From: Rickettsiales bacterium
Lineage (GTDB): Bacteria; Pseudomonadota; Alphaproteobacteria; Rickettsiales; RGZB01
Length of the DNA: 64,000 bases
Direction: 5' to 3'
Assembly (NCBI GenBank): GCA_044356525.1
Contig: JBIKVZ010000002.1
Span: forward strand, 322,612-386,611
Below are positions 29,543 to 39,215 of the stretch, one piece after another (the first letter of the stretch is position 1; every line of letters starts with the position of its first letter). The translations under genes were made by a program, and so were the position numbers. A model generated the notes under the pieces. It was given only the letters and a program-made list of their open reading frames with translations, was not told the origin of the DNA and searched no databases.

Positions 29543-30252
29543 GCACTGCGCCGCTTGAGCCTCCTTCGGCAGAGGGCACAGAAAAAAAATCCACTGTCCG
29601 TTTGATGGACGAATGGGTGCGCCGTCGGCATGACAGCAACATTTTAGGTTTTCTCTCCCTTCATAAAATATTGGTAAACCTCACCAAGCGCATCGTGCTG
29701 GTGCTGGCACTGCTGCTTGTGGCGGTGCTGATGATATGGCCGTTCGTAGTGCCGGAAGAAAAGCGCCTGCAAATTGTCTTCTCCGATAAAGACATGCCAC
29801 CGATGGCGGTGGAGGGTGAAATTGTAGATACAAACCGCATGCTGAAGCCTCGCTTTCACGGCATGGACCGCAACAACCAGCCTTACAGTGTGGTAGCAGA
29901 AGAGGCGGTGCAAAAAAGTGAATTAGAGGTGATTTTAAAGCAGCTCAGCGGTGAGATGACCCTGCAGGATGGAAAGTGGTATTCCATTTCGGCAGTTGAG
30001 GGCACGATTTTTATTAAGGCGAAAAAAATGACTGCGGAAGGCGATGTCAGCGTTTTTACCGACACGGGTTTTCAGGTACACACCGCCAAAGCACATGCAG
30101 ATATGGAGGCAGGTACGGCCACCAGTGAAACCGCTGTTTCCGTGCAGGGGCCACCAGGCAAGCTTGAAGCGAGCGGGTTTAAAATTTTGAATCGTGGCGA
30201 TGAAATTTATTTTACCGGCCCCGTGAAAATGACTATCTATACCGACAGATGA
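29539..30252 (+). CDS. lptC: LPS export protein LptC
   Basis: 237-aa ORF with an N-terminal membrane anchor and an OstA-like beta-jellyroll (PRFHGMDRNNQPYSVVAEEA). It occupies the position between kdsD and lptA. Confidence 0.65.
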   Translation: MSTAPLEPPSAEGTEKKSTVRLMDEWVRRRHDSNILGFLSLHKILVNLTKRIVLVLALLLVAVLMIWPFVVPEEKRLQIVFSDKDMPPMAVEGEIVDTNRMLKPRFHGMDRNNQPYSVVAEEAVQKSELEVILKQLSGEMTLQDGKWYSISAVEGTIFIKAKKMTAEGDVSVFTDTGFQVHTAKAHADMEAGTATSETAVSVQGPPGKLEASGFKILNRGDEIYFTGPVKMTIYTDR

Positions 30253-30259
30253 GGACGAT

Positions 30260-30808
30260 ATGAAAAAATGGATGATAACAGGTGTGGCAGCGGTGGCGCT
30301 TTGTGCGGCTCCGGCGTTTGCGCAGATTATTCCGGGCGCAAAGGACACATCCTTGCCGATTGAAATCACGGCTGATAACCTCAAGGTTTTGCAAAAAGAC
30401 CAAGTGGCGGTGTTTGAAGGTAAGGTGCAAGCCATTCAGGGCAACATCCGCCTCACGTCCGACAAAATGACGGTGTTTTACCGTGGCGGTGGCGAAGAAA
30501 AAAAGGTGGCGGGTCAGCCTGCCGTGTCTAAAATCATTGTCGAGGGTAATGTATTCCTCGCTAACCCGCGTGAAACCGCGAAGGGGCGCGAAGGGGTATA
30601 TGATGTGGATAGAACCATGGTTACTTTGAGCGGCGACGTGGTGCTCACGCGCGACAAGAACGTGCTGAACGGCAATAAGCTGGTTTACAACATGGATACC
30701 GGAAAAAGCGAGCTTTTCGGCGGCTCTGGCGAGGTTCAGCCGGATGGTACCACCACCAGCGGCGGGCGTGTAAAGGGCATGTTTGTGCCGGGCGGGCAGA
30801 AGAATTAG
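30260..30808 (+). CDS. lptA: LPS transport periplasmic protein LptA (OstA-like)
   Basis: 182-aa ORF with a signal peptide, then LPIEITADNLKVLQKDQVAVFEGKVQAIQGNIRLTSDKMTVFY. Confidence 0.8.
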   Translation: MKKWMITGVAAVALCAAPAFAQIIPGAKDTSLPIEITADNLKVLQKDQVAVFEGKVQAIQGNIRLTSDKMTVFYRGGGEEKKVAGQPAVSKIIVEGNVFLANPRETAKGREGVYDVDRTMVTLSGDVVLTRDKNVLNGNKLVYNMDTGKSELFGGSGEVQPDGTTTSGGRVKGMFVPGGQKN

Positions 30809-30875
30809 CATGACATTTCTGTAAAATTCTTTTATTCTCAGTCGGTTAGTTAGCTAATTCACAGTTTTTTAAAAC

Positions 30876-31673
30876 ATGGCAGATAAAGTCATTCACATCG
30901 GCGCGCCGCATGGGCAGGTGGATTTTACGAAATCCAAATCGCTTCTCGCGAGCTCGGGGCTAAGGGCGGAAAAGCTCGGCAAGAGCTATGCCAAAAAGCC
31001 AGTGATTCGCGATGTCAGTCTGGGAGTGAACCGTGGTGAGGCCGTGGGGCTTTTGGGCCCAAACGGCGCGGGTAAAACCACATTGTTTTACATGATTACC
31101 GGCCTGATTCAGCCAGATTACGGCCATATTTATTTAGATGGTGCGGATGTTACTGAACTTCCGGTCTATCGCCGTGCGCGCATGGGCGTGGGCTATCTGC
31201 CGCAGGAGGCCTCGATTTTCCGTGGCCTCACGGTGGAAGAAAACATCATGGCGATTTTGGAAGTGAGCGAGCCGATTGCAGAAAAACGTCAAGTTTTGCT
31301 GGATGAATTGCTGGCAGAATTTTCTATCGACCATTTGCGCACAGTGTCGGCGCTTGCGCTTTCTGGTGGTGAACGCCGCAGGGTGGAAATTGCACGCGCG
31401 CTGGCTTCACGCCCGTCCTTTATTCTGCTCGATGAACCGCTGGCGGGGATTGACCCGATTGCGGTGGGTGAGGTGCGTAACCTTATCTCTCACCTGAAAG
31501 ACCGTGGCATCGGTGTGCTGATTACCGACCACAACGTGCGCGAAACCCTCCGTATTGTGGACCGCGCTTACATTATCCATGATGGCAGCGTGCTCATGGA
31601 AGGCCAACCGCAGGAAATCGTGGGCAGCGAAGAGGTTCGCAAAGTCTATCTCGGCGAGCGTTTTACGCTCTAG
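30876..31673 (+). CDS. lptB: LPS export ABC transporter ATP-binding protein LptB
   Basis: 265-aa ORF with Walker A GPNGAGKTT, signature LSGGERRRVEIARAL and Walker B ILLDEP. Confidence 0.92.
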   Translation: MADKVIHIGAPHGQVDFTKSKSLLASSGLRAEKLGKSYAKKPVIRDVSLGVNRGEAVGLLGPNGAGKTTLFYMITGLIQPDYGHIYLDGADVTELPVYRRARMGVGYLPQEASIFRGLTVEENIMAILEVSEPIAEKRQVLLDELLAEFSIDHLRTVSALALSGGERRRVEIARALASRPSFILLDEPLAGIDPIAVGEVRNLISHLKDRGIGVLITDHNVRETLRIVDRAYIIHDGSVLMEGQPQEIVGSEEVRKVYLGERFTL

Positions 31674-31694
31674 TCAATAGTATTATTTTCATTT

Positions 31695-31710
31695 TGGCAT
31701 GGTTTTTGCT
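31695..31710 (+). promoter_or_regulatory. Sigma-54 (-24/-12) promoter-like element upstream of rpoN
   Basis: TGGCATGGTTTTTGCT against the consensus TGGCACG-N4-TTGCW shows one mismatch and exact GG-to-GC spacing (G at 31696, G at 31708). It lies 70 nt upstream of the rpoN ATG. Confidence 0.5.
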
Positions 31711-31779
31711 TAAACCGCTCTTGGAGTGGGTGAGTAACTTTTGTATAATTAAGGCAGAAGTTATTGGTGGTTTAGGTAA

Positions 31780-33306
31780 ATGGCACCCACACAGCGGCCC
31801 ATACAGGGTTTAGAGATACGGCAAGGCCAGTCACTGGTCATGACGCCACAATTACAGCAGGCGCTGAAACTGTTGCAATATTCCTCACAAGAACTCCAAG
31901 CCTACATCGATGAACAGCTTGAAAAGAACCCGCTTCTGGCCAAAGAAGGGCAAGAAGATGTGCGCGAAGAGGGCGAAGAACAAGCCGCGCTGGAATCGCC
32001 TGATGCGGCTGAATCGGATGAAACACAAGACATCGTCAGCCAATCCGAACGCGGTGGCTCATCCGAGGACGAAGCGCTCGATATCAGCCACGAAAACCGC
32101 TGGGAAGAGGGGCAGGATTTTGGGCAGGGTAATAACAGCCTTGTCTATGAACACACCCGTTCCGGTAACCATAATTTTGACAGCAACGAGTTCGACCTTG
32201 AGCAGATGGAGGGTAAAAAACCTTCGCTGCGTGATTCACTGCTAGATCAGATTTACCTCGATATACCTGAGCCGCAGGAACGTATTATCGCCACGCATTT
32301 GATGGATGGGCTCGATGCAGCCGGTTATCTTTCTGCGCCATTGTCGGAATTTGCACAGCAGCTCGGCGTGCCTTTAGCGCAGGTTGAAAAAGTGCTGGAG
32401 AAGCTGCATCGGTTTGACCCTCCGGGCATTTTCGCGCGCGATTTGAAAGAATGCCTCGCGCTGCAACTGAGGGAGAAAAACCGTCTCGACCCCGCCATGC
32501 AATTATTGCTGCATAATCTGCCACTGCTGGCAACGGGCGATATGCCAAAGCTCGAAAAAATCTGCCATGTAAACCACGAAGACATGGTGCAGATGTGTGC
32601 TGAAATCCGTGCGCTAAACCCTAAGCCGGGCAGCGACTTTGATTATCAGCAGGTGGAAACCATGCGTCCGGATGTGTTCGTGAAACGCGGCAAAGATGGC
32701 TCATGGCAGTTGGAACTAAACAACGAAACACTCCCGCGGATGCTGGTAAACCGCCGGTATTACGCGCAGGTGAAGCAGCATGCCAAAGGCGAATCCGAGA
32801 AAAAATACTTAAGTGATCAGCTGGGTGACGCGAACTGGCTGGTGAAAACGCTGAACCAGCGTGCCGAGACCATTTTGAAGGTGGCAACCGAGCTGGTGCA
32901 AACTCAGCAGGACTTTTTTGAAAAAGGCGTGGCGCATTTAAAACCGCTTACGCTTAAAATTATTGCCGATAAAATCGGGGTGCATGAAAGCACCGTGGGG
33001 CGTGTCACCACCAGCAAATATATGGCCACGCCGCAGGGTGTATTTGAAATGAAGTTTTTCTTTTCCTCTTCTGTTACCAGCATTGAAACGGGTGAAGATG
33101 TTTCAAGCACTGCCGTAAAACATCTTATTAAACAATTGATAGATAAAGAAAATATAAAGGATATTCTGTCAGACGATACGCTGGTGGATATGCTGCAGGA
33201 ACGCGGCATTAGTGTGGCGCGCCGCACGGTGGCGAAATATCGCGAGGCGCTGCATATTCCATCCTCTGTTGAGCGCCGCCGCATCAAGAAAATGCAAGGC
33301 TCGTAG
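31780..33306 (+). CDS. rpoN: RNA polymerase sigma-54 factor
   Basis: 508-aa ORF with a Gln/Leu-rich region I (LVMTPQLQQALKLLQ), an acidic region II and the C-terminal RpoN box ARRTVAKYREAL. Confidence 0.92.
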   Translation: MAPTQRPIQGLEIRQGQSLVMTPQLQQALKLLQYSSQELQAYIDEQLEKNPLLAKEGQEDVREEGEEQAALESPDAAESDETQDIVSQSERGGSSEDEALDISHENRWEEGQDFGQGNNSLVYEHTRSGNHNFDSNEFDLEQMEGKKPSLRDSLLDQIYLDIPEPQERIIATHLMDGLDAAGYLSAPLSEFAQQLGVPLAQVEKVLEKLHRFDPPGIFARDLKECLALQLREKNRLDPAMQLLLHNLPLLATGDMPKLEKICHVNHEDMVQMCAEIRALNPKPGSDFDYQQVETMRPDVFVKRGKDGSWQLELNNETLPRMLVNRRYYAQVKQHAKGESEKKYLSDQLGDANWLVKTLNQRAETILKVATELVQTQQDFFEKGVAHLKPLTLKIIADKIGVHESTVGRVTTSKYMATPQGVFEMKFFFSSSVTSIETGEDVSSTAVKHLIKQLIDKENIKDILSDDTLVDMLQERGISVARRTVAKYREALHIPSSVERRRIKKMQGS

Positions 33307-33429
33307 CAGTTGATTTCGCAGTTGCGAAGGAGTAAAATTTAACTTGTGGAAAGGGAGCAAGGCCGTATGATGGCCGCCGATAATGCTCTCTAAAATTTTC
33401 GTGTAATATTCAGAACAGGATTTTTAACT

Positions 33430-34038
33430 ATGCAAGTTTCTGTGACCGGTCAAGGTATGGAAGTTGGTGCTGCACTGAAAGACAATGTGCATGAGCGTCT
33501 GGAAAAAGGCGTAAATAAGTATTTTGACCGCGCGATTAACTCGGATGTCGTGTTTTCAAAGCGTGGCCATTTCTTCACCGCCAATGTGCAGGTGAATGAA
33601 GGCACGGGTACGGGTATTTTTATTAAAGGCACGGGCGAGTCGGAAGACGTATACGCCGCATTCGACCAAGCTGCGGACCGCATTGAAAAGCAGCTGCGCC
33701 GTTATAAGCGCCGCATCAAAAACCACAAAGGCACCAGCCTGAATGAGATTGATGACGTAAAAGCGCTGCTGCAGGGCAAAAAATACGTGCTTCAGAACGA
33801 TGAGTCTGTTGAAGAAGCATCGGCAGACGAAGAAACCCCACTCATCATTGCTGAAAAGCCAGCCTCTATTGAGCGCCTGTCGGTGAGCGAAGCGGTGATG
33901 CGCATGAATCTGGCAGATTTGCCGGCGCTGATGTTCATCAACAAAAAGAACGGCCACCTGAACGTGGTGTATGTGCGCAAAGATGGCAACATCTCTTGGG
34001 TTGATTCCAAGGTGACGGCAGCCTCTGTTGCGGCCTAA
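33430..34038 (+). CDS. hpf: Ribosome hibernation promoting factor (long HPF)
   Basis: 202-aa ORF. MQVSVTGQGMEVGAALKDNVHERLEK matches the sigma-54 modulation protein/S30EA fold, and a C-terminal dimerisation extension is present. It lies directly after rpoN. Confidence 0.85.
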   Translation: MQVSVTGQGMEVGAALKDNVHERLEKGVNKYFDRAINSDVVFSKRGHFFTANVQVNEGTGTGIFIKGTGESEDVYAAFDQAADRIEKQLRRYKRRIKNHKGTSLNEIDDVKALLQGKKYVLQNDESVEEASADEETPLIIAEKPASIERLSVSEAVMRMNLADLPALMFINKKNGHLNVVYVRKDGNISWVDSKVTAASVAA

Positions 34039-34061
34039 CTAACTTAATTTAAGGTTCCCCC

Positions 34062-34838
34062 ATGGCTGGCAAGCGGCAGACTTTACACAAGGTCTACATC
34101 GCGGGTGCTGGCCCGGGGGACCCTGAACTCCTTACCCTCAAAACCTATCGCTTGCTTCGCGAATATGCCGACGTCGTGGTGTATGACCGCTTGGTGCCCA
34201 CAAAAATCCTAAAGCTGATTCCTAAAAAAGTGCAGATGGTCTATGCGGGCAAGTCGTGCCGCACGCATATCATGACGCAAGATGAAATCAACGCCGAGCT
34301 GGTGTCACAGGCAAAATCCGGAAAGAAAGTCGTGCGCCTCAAAGGCGGCGACCCGTTTATTTTTGGGCGCGGCGGCGAAGAGATTGAGCATCTCGCCAAA
34401 AACGGTATTCCGTTTGAAGTGGTTCCGGGTATCAGCTCTGCCTCTGCGATTAGTTCGCTGCTCGGCGTGCCGCTCACGCATCGCGGCCTTGCCACGGGTG
34501 TGCGTTTCATCACCGGACATCAGCAGAAAGGTGAGGCGGTGAAGCTCGATTGGAAAGGGCTCGCCAATAACGAAACCACGTTGGTGGTGTATATGGGCTT
34601 GGCGAATCTGGAAAACATCACGAAGCATCTGATTAAGGCTGGGCTTCCGGCCAGCACGCCTGCCGTGGCGGTTGAAAACGGCACACTGCCGGGTGAAAAG
34701 CGCTGCTACAGCGCGGTCAAATCTATCGCCGCACAAGTGAAGCGAAAAAAGTTCGAGCCACCCACGCTGGTCATTATCGGCAAAGTGGTGAGTGTTTCCC
34801 AGCGGCTTGAAAAGCTCCTCGCTAAATCAAAATCCTAA
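34062..34838 (+). CDS. cobA: Uroporphyrinogen-III C-methyltransferase (SUMT)
   Basis: 258-aa ORF with VYIAGAGPGDPELLTLK, VVRLKGGDPFIFGRGGEE and VVPGISS. Confidence 0.85.
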   Translation: MAGKRQTLHKVYIAGAGPGDPELLTLKTYRLLREYADVVVYDRLVPTKILKLIPKKVQMVYAGKSCRTHIMTQDEINAELVSQAKSGKKVVRLKGGDPFIFGRGGEEIEHLAKNGIPFEVVPGISSASAISSLLGVPLTHRGLATGVRFITGHQQKGEAVKLDWKGLANNETTLVVYMGLANLENITKHLIKAGLPASTPAVAVENGTLPGEKRCYSAVKSIAAQVKRKKFEPPTLVIIGKVVSVSQRLEKLLAKSKS

Positions 34839-35070
34839 AATACAGGCAGCCGTAATCTTCTCCGGGGTGTCCGGTTTCGGGTGGGTTGTCCCAGCTGAAT
34901 ATTTTTCCATTATTGGCGGCGTGTGAAGACCGCACCTTGTCATCGCCAGCCGTGCGCCAAATATAATGGGTGGTTGGTTGTTCTGCAGCTTTATGGGAAA
35001 TGCAAATGGCTGTGCCACGGCGCAGATATTCAGTAAACGCTTTTCGGTAAAGCAGGGAATGCAAGCTCAT
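34822..35070 (-). pseudogene. Orphan fragment of a phage head-morphogenesis (Mu F / SPP1 gp7-like) protein
   Basis: 82-aa ORF. YIWRTAGDDKVRSSHAANNGKIFSWDNPPETGHPGEDYGC matches the Mu-F-like core W.T..D.RVR..H..L.G.....D......PG...NCRC. The large N-terminal part is missing and the terminal NCRC is replaced by GCLY. No other phage genes are nearby. It overlaps the cobA stop by 17 nt. Confidence 0.45.
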
Positions 35071-35123
35071 GGTGACGCACCTCGTTCACGGTGAATTTTC
35101 ATTCATCGTAAGCGGGCTCGCAG

Positions 35124-35148
35124 TTAGCCGGAAGGGGCTAAGTTTTTA
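35124..35148. terminator. Hairpin with T-run between acnA and the cobA side
   Basis: TTAGCC-ggaagg-GGCTAA is followed by GTTTTT on the + strand, and an A-run precedes it as seen from the - strand. It lies 5 nt after the acnA stop. Confidence 0.4.
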
Positions 35149-35152
35149 AAGC

Positions 35153-37846
35153 TTATGCAGCCGTCATTAGGTGACGCATCACGTTCTGCAGGATGCCGCC
35201 GTTGCGGTAATACTCAATTTCATCCGCCGTATCGATGCGGCACAGCACGCTGATGGTTTCTTGTTTGCCATCTTTGCGCGTAATCACCACATCCATATCC
35301 ATGCGCGGTTTGATACCTTTTTCAAGGCCGAGCACATCGAATGTTTCCGAGCCATCCAGTTTCAGCGTGTCTTTCGTCATGCCGTTTTTGAACACCAGTG
35401 GAAGCACGCCCATGCCCACAAGGTTTGAACGGTGAATACGCTCAAAGCTTTCGGCAATCACAGCTTTAATGCCCAGCAGCAAGGTACCCTTGGCTGCCCA
35501 ATCGCGGGATGAGCCGGTGCCATATTCCTTGCCAGCCACCACCACCAGCGGTGTGCCGTCCTGCTGATATTTCATCGAGGCTTCGTAAATGCTCATGGTT
35601 TCAGCCGTGGGCAGATATTTCGTTACGCCGCCTTCGGTGCCGGGTGCCAGCAAGTTTTTGATGCGGATGTTGGCAAAGGTGCCGCGCATCATAATCTCGT
35701 GGTTGCCGCGGCGTGCGCCGTAGGAGTTAAAGTCTTTCGCCGGAACGCCTTTGTCAGCAAGGTATTTTGCCGCAGGGCTGGTTTTAGAAATGTTACCGGC
35801 AGGTGAGATATGGTCGGTGGTGATACTGTCACCCAGCAACGCCAGCATTTTCGCGCCTTTGATCGGCTTAATGCCGCCTGGGGCTTTCTGCATACCCACG
35901 AAGTAAGGCGGGTTCTGCACGTAGGTGCTGTTGTTGTTCCATTTGTAGGTCATGCCTTCGGCGACCTTAATTTTCTGCCAGTCTTCATCGCCGCTGAATA
36001 CGTCTGCATATTTGCTGGCGAACATTTTTGAGGTCACAACAGAGTTCACCGCATCGGCGACTTCTTTGTTTGAGGGCCAGATGTCCTTCAAGAACACATC
36101 TTTGCCATCACTGCCTTTGCCGAGCGATTCCTTCGTGACATCCACGCGCATATTACCGACGAGTGCATAAAGCACCACCAGCGGCGGAGACATCAGATAG
36201 TTCGCCTTCGTCAGCGGGTGTACGCGGCCTTCAAAGTTACGGTTGCCGGAAAGCACGCTGGCCACCAGCAGGTCGTTATCTTTAATGGATTTTTCAACGG
36301 TTTCTTTGAGCGGGCCGGAGTTACCGATGCACGTGGTGCAGCCATAGCCCACAAGGTTGAAGCCCAGTTTATCGAGCGCGCCATCAAGCTTTGCAGCACT
36401 TAAATATTCCGAAACCACCTTCGAGCCTGGTGCGAGTGACGTCTTCACCCACGGCTTCACCTTCAGGCCTTTTTCAAGGGCCTTCTTGGCAAGCAAACCG
36501 GCGGCAATCATGACGCTTGGGTTCGATGTGTTCGTGCAGCTGGTAATGGCGGCAATCACCACGGCGCCATCGCCCATTTCGCCATCCATGCCTTCAATCT
36601 TCGCCTTGCGGTCAAGGTTGGCCTTTTCACCACCCAAAGTTTTGATGCCTTCTTTAAAGCCGGCAGCAGCAACGCTGAGCGCAATTTTATCCTGCGGGCG
36701 TTTTGGGCCGGCAATGCAGGCTTCCACGCTGCCAAGATCCAGTTCCAGTGTGTCGGTGAACACGGGGTCCGGCGCATCATTCTCGCGCCACATGCCCTGT
36801 GCTTTCGCGTAAGCTTCGGTCAGCGCGATGGTGTCTTTGCTACGCGCGGTCAGTTCAAGGTATTTAATTGTTTCGCGGTCAATCGGGAAGAAGCCGCAGG
36901 TTGCGCCATATTCCGGTGCCATGTTGGCGATGGTAGCGCGGTCTGCCAGCGGCAGGTTGTTCAGGCCGGGGCCGAAGAATTCCACAAATTTATTCACCAC
37001 GCCCTTTTTGCGCAGCATCTGCGTCACCGTCAGCACGAGGTCAGTGGCCGTTGTGCCTTCTTTTAAAGAACCGGTCAGTTTAAAGCCAATCACTTCCGGA
37101 ATCAGCATCGAGGTCGGCTGGCCCAGCATTGCTGCTTCGGCTTCAATACCGCCCACGCCCCAACCCAGCACGGCAAGGCCGTTCACCATGGTCGTGTGGC
37201 TGTCAGTGCCAACAAGTGTGTCGGGGTAGGCAACGGTTTTTCCGCCTTCTTTTTTCGTCCACACCACTTGTGCAAGATATTCAAGGTTCACCTGATGGCA
37301 AATACCCGTGCCTGGTGGCACTACGCGGAAGTTATCGAACGCCTTCTGGCCCCAGCGCAGGAATTCATAGCGCTCCAGGTTGCGTTCCATTTCCAGCTTC
37401 ACATTTTCTTTAAAGGAAGAAACCGTGCCATAATTATCCACCTGCACGGAATGGTCGATCACAAGGTCAACCGGTGTGAGTGGGTTAATTTTCTTAGGGT
37501 CGCCGCCGAGGGCTTTCATTGCATCGCGCATGGCGGCAAGGTCCACCACCGCAGGCACGCCGGTGAAATCTTGCATCAGCACGCGGGCAGGGCGGTAAGC
37601 AATTTCATGTTCGCTGGTGCGTTTTTCCATCCAGGTGGCGATGGCTTTAATGTCGTCCACCGTCACGGTGCGGCCATCTTCCCAGCGGAGCATGTTTTCG
37701 AGAATCACTTTTAAGGAATAAGGCAGGCGGGAGAAGTCTTTGCCGAGCGCCTTTGAGGCAGCGGCGATGCTGAAGTAATCGTAAGTTTTACCACCGGCTT
37801 CTAATGAAGTGCGGGTTTTTAAGGTGTCCTTACCGATTGCAGTCAT
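35153..37846 (-). CDS. acnA: Aconitate hydratase A
   Basis: About 897 aa from ATG 37846 (a GGGAGA Shine-Dalgarno lies upstream). [26 protein letters not shown] is followed by Fe-S ligand regions ([20 protein letters not shown]). The longer N-terminus in the track is unlikely. Confidence 0.9.
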   Translation of the reverse strand: MTAIGKDTLKTRTSLEAGGKTYDYFSIAAASKALGKDFSRLPYSLKVILENMLRWEDGRTVTVDDIKAIATWMEKRTSEHEIAYRPARVLMQDFTGVPAVVDLAAMRDAMKALGGDPKKINPLTPVDLVIDHSVQVDNYGTVSSFKENVKLEMERNLERYEFLRWGQKAFDNFRVVPPGTGICHQVNLEYLAQVVWTKKEGGKTVAYPDTLVGTDSHTTMVNGLAVLGWGVGGIEAEAAMLGQPTSMLIPEVIGFKLTGSLKEGTTATDLVLTVTQMLRKKGVVNKFVEFFGPGLNNLPLADRATIANMAPEYGATCGFFPIDRETIKYLELTARSKDTIALTEAYAKAQGMWRENDAPDPVFTDTLELDLGSVEACIAGPKRPQDKIALSVAAAGFKEGIKTLGGEKANLDRKAKIEGMDGEMGDGAVVIAAITSCTNTSNPSVMIAAGLLAKKALEKGLKVKPWVKTSLAPGSKVVSEYLSAAKLDGALDKLGFNLVGYGCTTCIGNSGPLKETVEKSIKDNDLLVASVLSGNRNFEGRVHPLTKANYLMSPPLVVLYALVGNMRVDVTKESLGKGSDGKDVFLKDIWPSNKEVADAVNSVVTSKMFASKYADVFSGDEDWQKIKVAEGMTYKWNNNSTYVQNPPYFVGMQKAPGGIKPIKGAKMLALLGDSITTDHISPAGNISKTSPAAKYLADKGVPAKDFNSYGARRGNHEIMMRGTFANIRIKNLLAPGTEGGVTKYLPTAETMSIYEASMKYQQDGTPLVVVAGKEYGTGSSRDWAAKGTLLLGIKAVIAESFERIHRSNLVGMGVLPLVFKNGMTKDTLKLDGSETFDVLGLEKGIKPRMDMDVVITRKDGKQETISVLCRIDTADEIEYYRNGGILQNVMRHLMTAA

Positions 37847-37950
37847 AGTAGCATCTCCCTGTAAAACCGAATTAGTTTTGAATAATACATGGCTTTGGTT
37901 TACAAAACAACAGGATGCAATTTGCTTAAACAAGGTGCCGTAAGAAAATC

Positions 37951-38562
37951 ATGCTCACCTGTGACAAAATTACCTGCCAGCGTGGCGGCAGAGTTCTGTT
38001 CCAAAATCTTTCGCTTTCGCTTGAAGCAGGCGAGATGGCACTGGTGCGCGGCGCCAATGGTAGCGGCAAAACCACGTTATTAAAAACGGTAGCGGGTTTG
38101 TTCGTGCCGCAAAATGGTGCAGTGCTGTGGGATAAAAAAAACATCCGCATGCTGGGCGCGGACTATTACCACGACTGCGCGTTCATCGGTCATAAAACGG
38201 GTATGAAGGCGCTTGCCACCGTAAAAGAAAACCTGAAATTTTATGCAACACTCTACGGCACAGAAGAAATGCTGCCTGCCGCGATTCGTTATTTTAAGCT
38301 CGATGATTATGCCGATACGCGCTTCGCGCAACTCTCGCAAGGTTGGCAGCGACGTGTGGCATTGGCGCGGCTGATGCTTTCCAATACCGCGCTCTGGCTG
38401 CTGGATGAGCCGTGGAGCAATCTTGATGATGAAGGTGCGCAAATGCTCACCAACATGCTGGCGGTGCGCCTCGATCAAGGCGGCATGGCGCTTGTCAGCA
38501 ATCACGGTGATGCATCGTTAAAGCCCGCGCATGAAGTGGTATTGAAAGGCGGTGAGGCATGA
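37951..38562 (+). CDS. ccmA: Heme exporter ATP-binding protein CcmA
   Basis: 203-aa ORF with Walker A GANGSGKTTLL, signature LSQGWQRRVALARL and Walker B LLDEP. It is followed by ccmB with a 4-nt overlap. Confidence 0.85.
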   Translation: MLTCDKITCQRGGRVLFQNLSLSLEAGEMALVRGANGSGKTTLLKTVAGLFVPQNGAVLWDKKNIRMLGADYYHDCAFIGHKTGMKALATVKENLKFYATLYGTEEMLPAAIRYFKLDDYADTRFAQLSQGWQRRVALARLMLSNTALWLLDEPWSNLDDEGAQMLTNMLAVRLDQGGMALVSNHGDASLKPAHEVVLKGGEA

Positions 38563-39215
38563 GCGCGCTGCTACACATCATGAAGCGTGACATGATGCTT
38601 GCTGTGCGGCGGCGCGGGGGCGTGCTGCACAGTGTTATCTTCTGCCTGATGCTGGTAGTGATGTATCCGCTCGCCTTCGGCGCGGATAGCACACTGCTGC
38701 AAACCATCGGCGCGGGGGTCATTTGGGTGGCAGCATTGCTGATTTCCACGCTCAACCTTCCCACTCTGTTTGAAGATGATTTTGAAGATGGCAGCCTTGA
38801 AGGCATGGCCTTAACGCCCATCGGCTTATATAAAATCGTATGCGGAAAATTGCTCGCACACTGGCTAACGGGGCCGGTGGTGCTGGCGTTGGCTTCGCCA
38901 TTTTTTGCCATGCTGCTTGGGATTGGTGCAGCTTTGTGGATTCACCTTGCGGCCTCACTTGCGCTTGGTGGATTGCTACTCACACTCATTGGTTCGCTGG
39001 GTGCTGCGCTTTCGCTCGGTGTGCGCAAGGCGGGTATGCTTCTGTCGTTGTTGGTGCTGCCGCTTTATGTGCCGGTGCTGATATTTGCTACCGCCACGCT
39101 TGGCGCAAAGCCAGAGCAGGGGTATATGGGGCTGGGTTTCCTGCTACTCGTATTGCTGCCCGTTGCGCTGCTAGCATCCGTGCAGGCGCTCAAAGTGGCA
39201 CTGGAAGAAGGCTAA
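38559..39215 (+). CDS. ccmB: Heme exporter membrane protein CcmB
   Basis: 218-aa polytopic ORF with FEDDFEDGSLE, characteristic of CcmB. Confidence 0.85.
   Translation: MSALLHIMKRDMMLAVRRRGGVLHSVIFCLMLVVMYPLAFGADSTLLQTIGAGVIWVAALLISTLNLPTLFEDDFEDGSLEGMALTPIGLYKIVCGKLLAHWLTGPVVLALASPFFAMLLGIGAALWIHLAASLALGGLLLTLIGSLGAALSLGVRKAGMLLSLLVLPLYVPVLIFATATLGAKPEQGYMGLGFLLLVLLPVALLASVQALKVALEEG

Noticed and set aside
28564-29589. A8 tracts at 28564-28571 (codons 3-5 of kdsD) and 29582-29589 (lptC) as possible phase-variation switches.
   Set aside because: Both genes are intact and belong to the core LPS pathway. These tracts are used only as internal controls for the T8 frameshift call.
37913-37926. 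Sigma-54-like GGATGCAATTTGCT in the acnA/ccmA divergent region.
   Set aside because: The GG-to-GC spacing is 11 nt rather than 12, and the -24 element is poor.
37847-37933. N-terminal extension of acnA in the track ORF ([29 protein letters not shown]).
   Set aside because: The conserved aconitase N-terminus begins at MTAIGKD with a good Shine-Dalgarno. The extension lies in the divergent promoter region.
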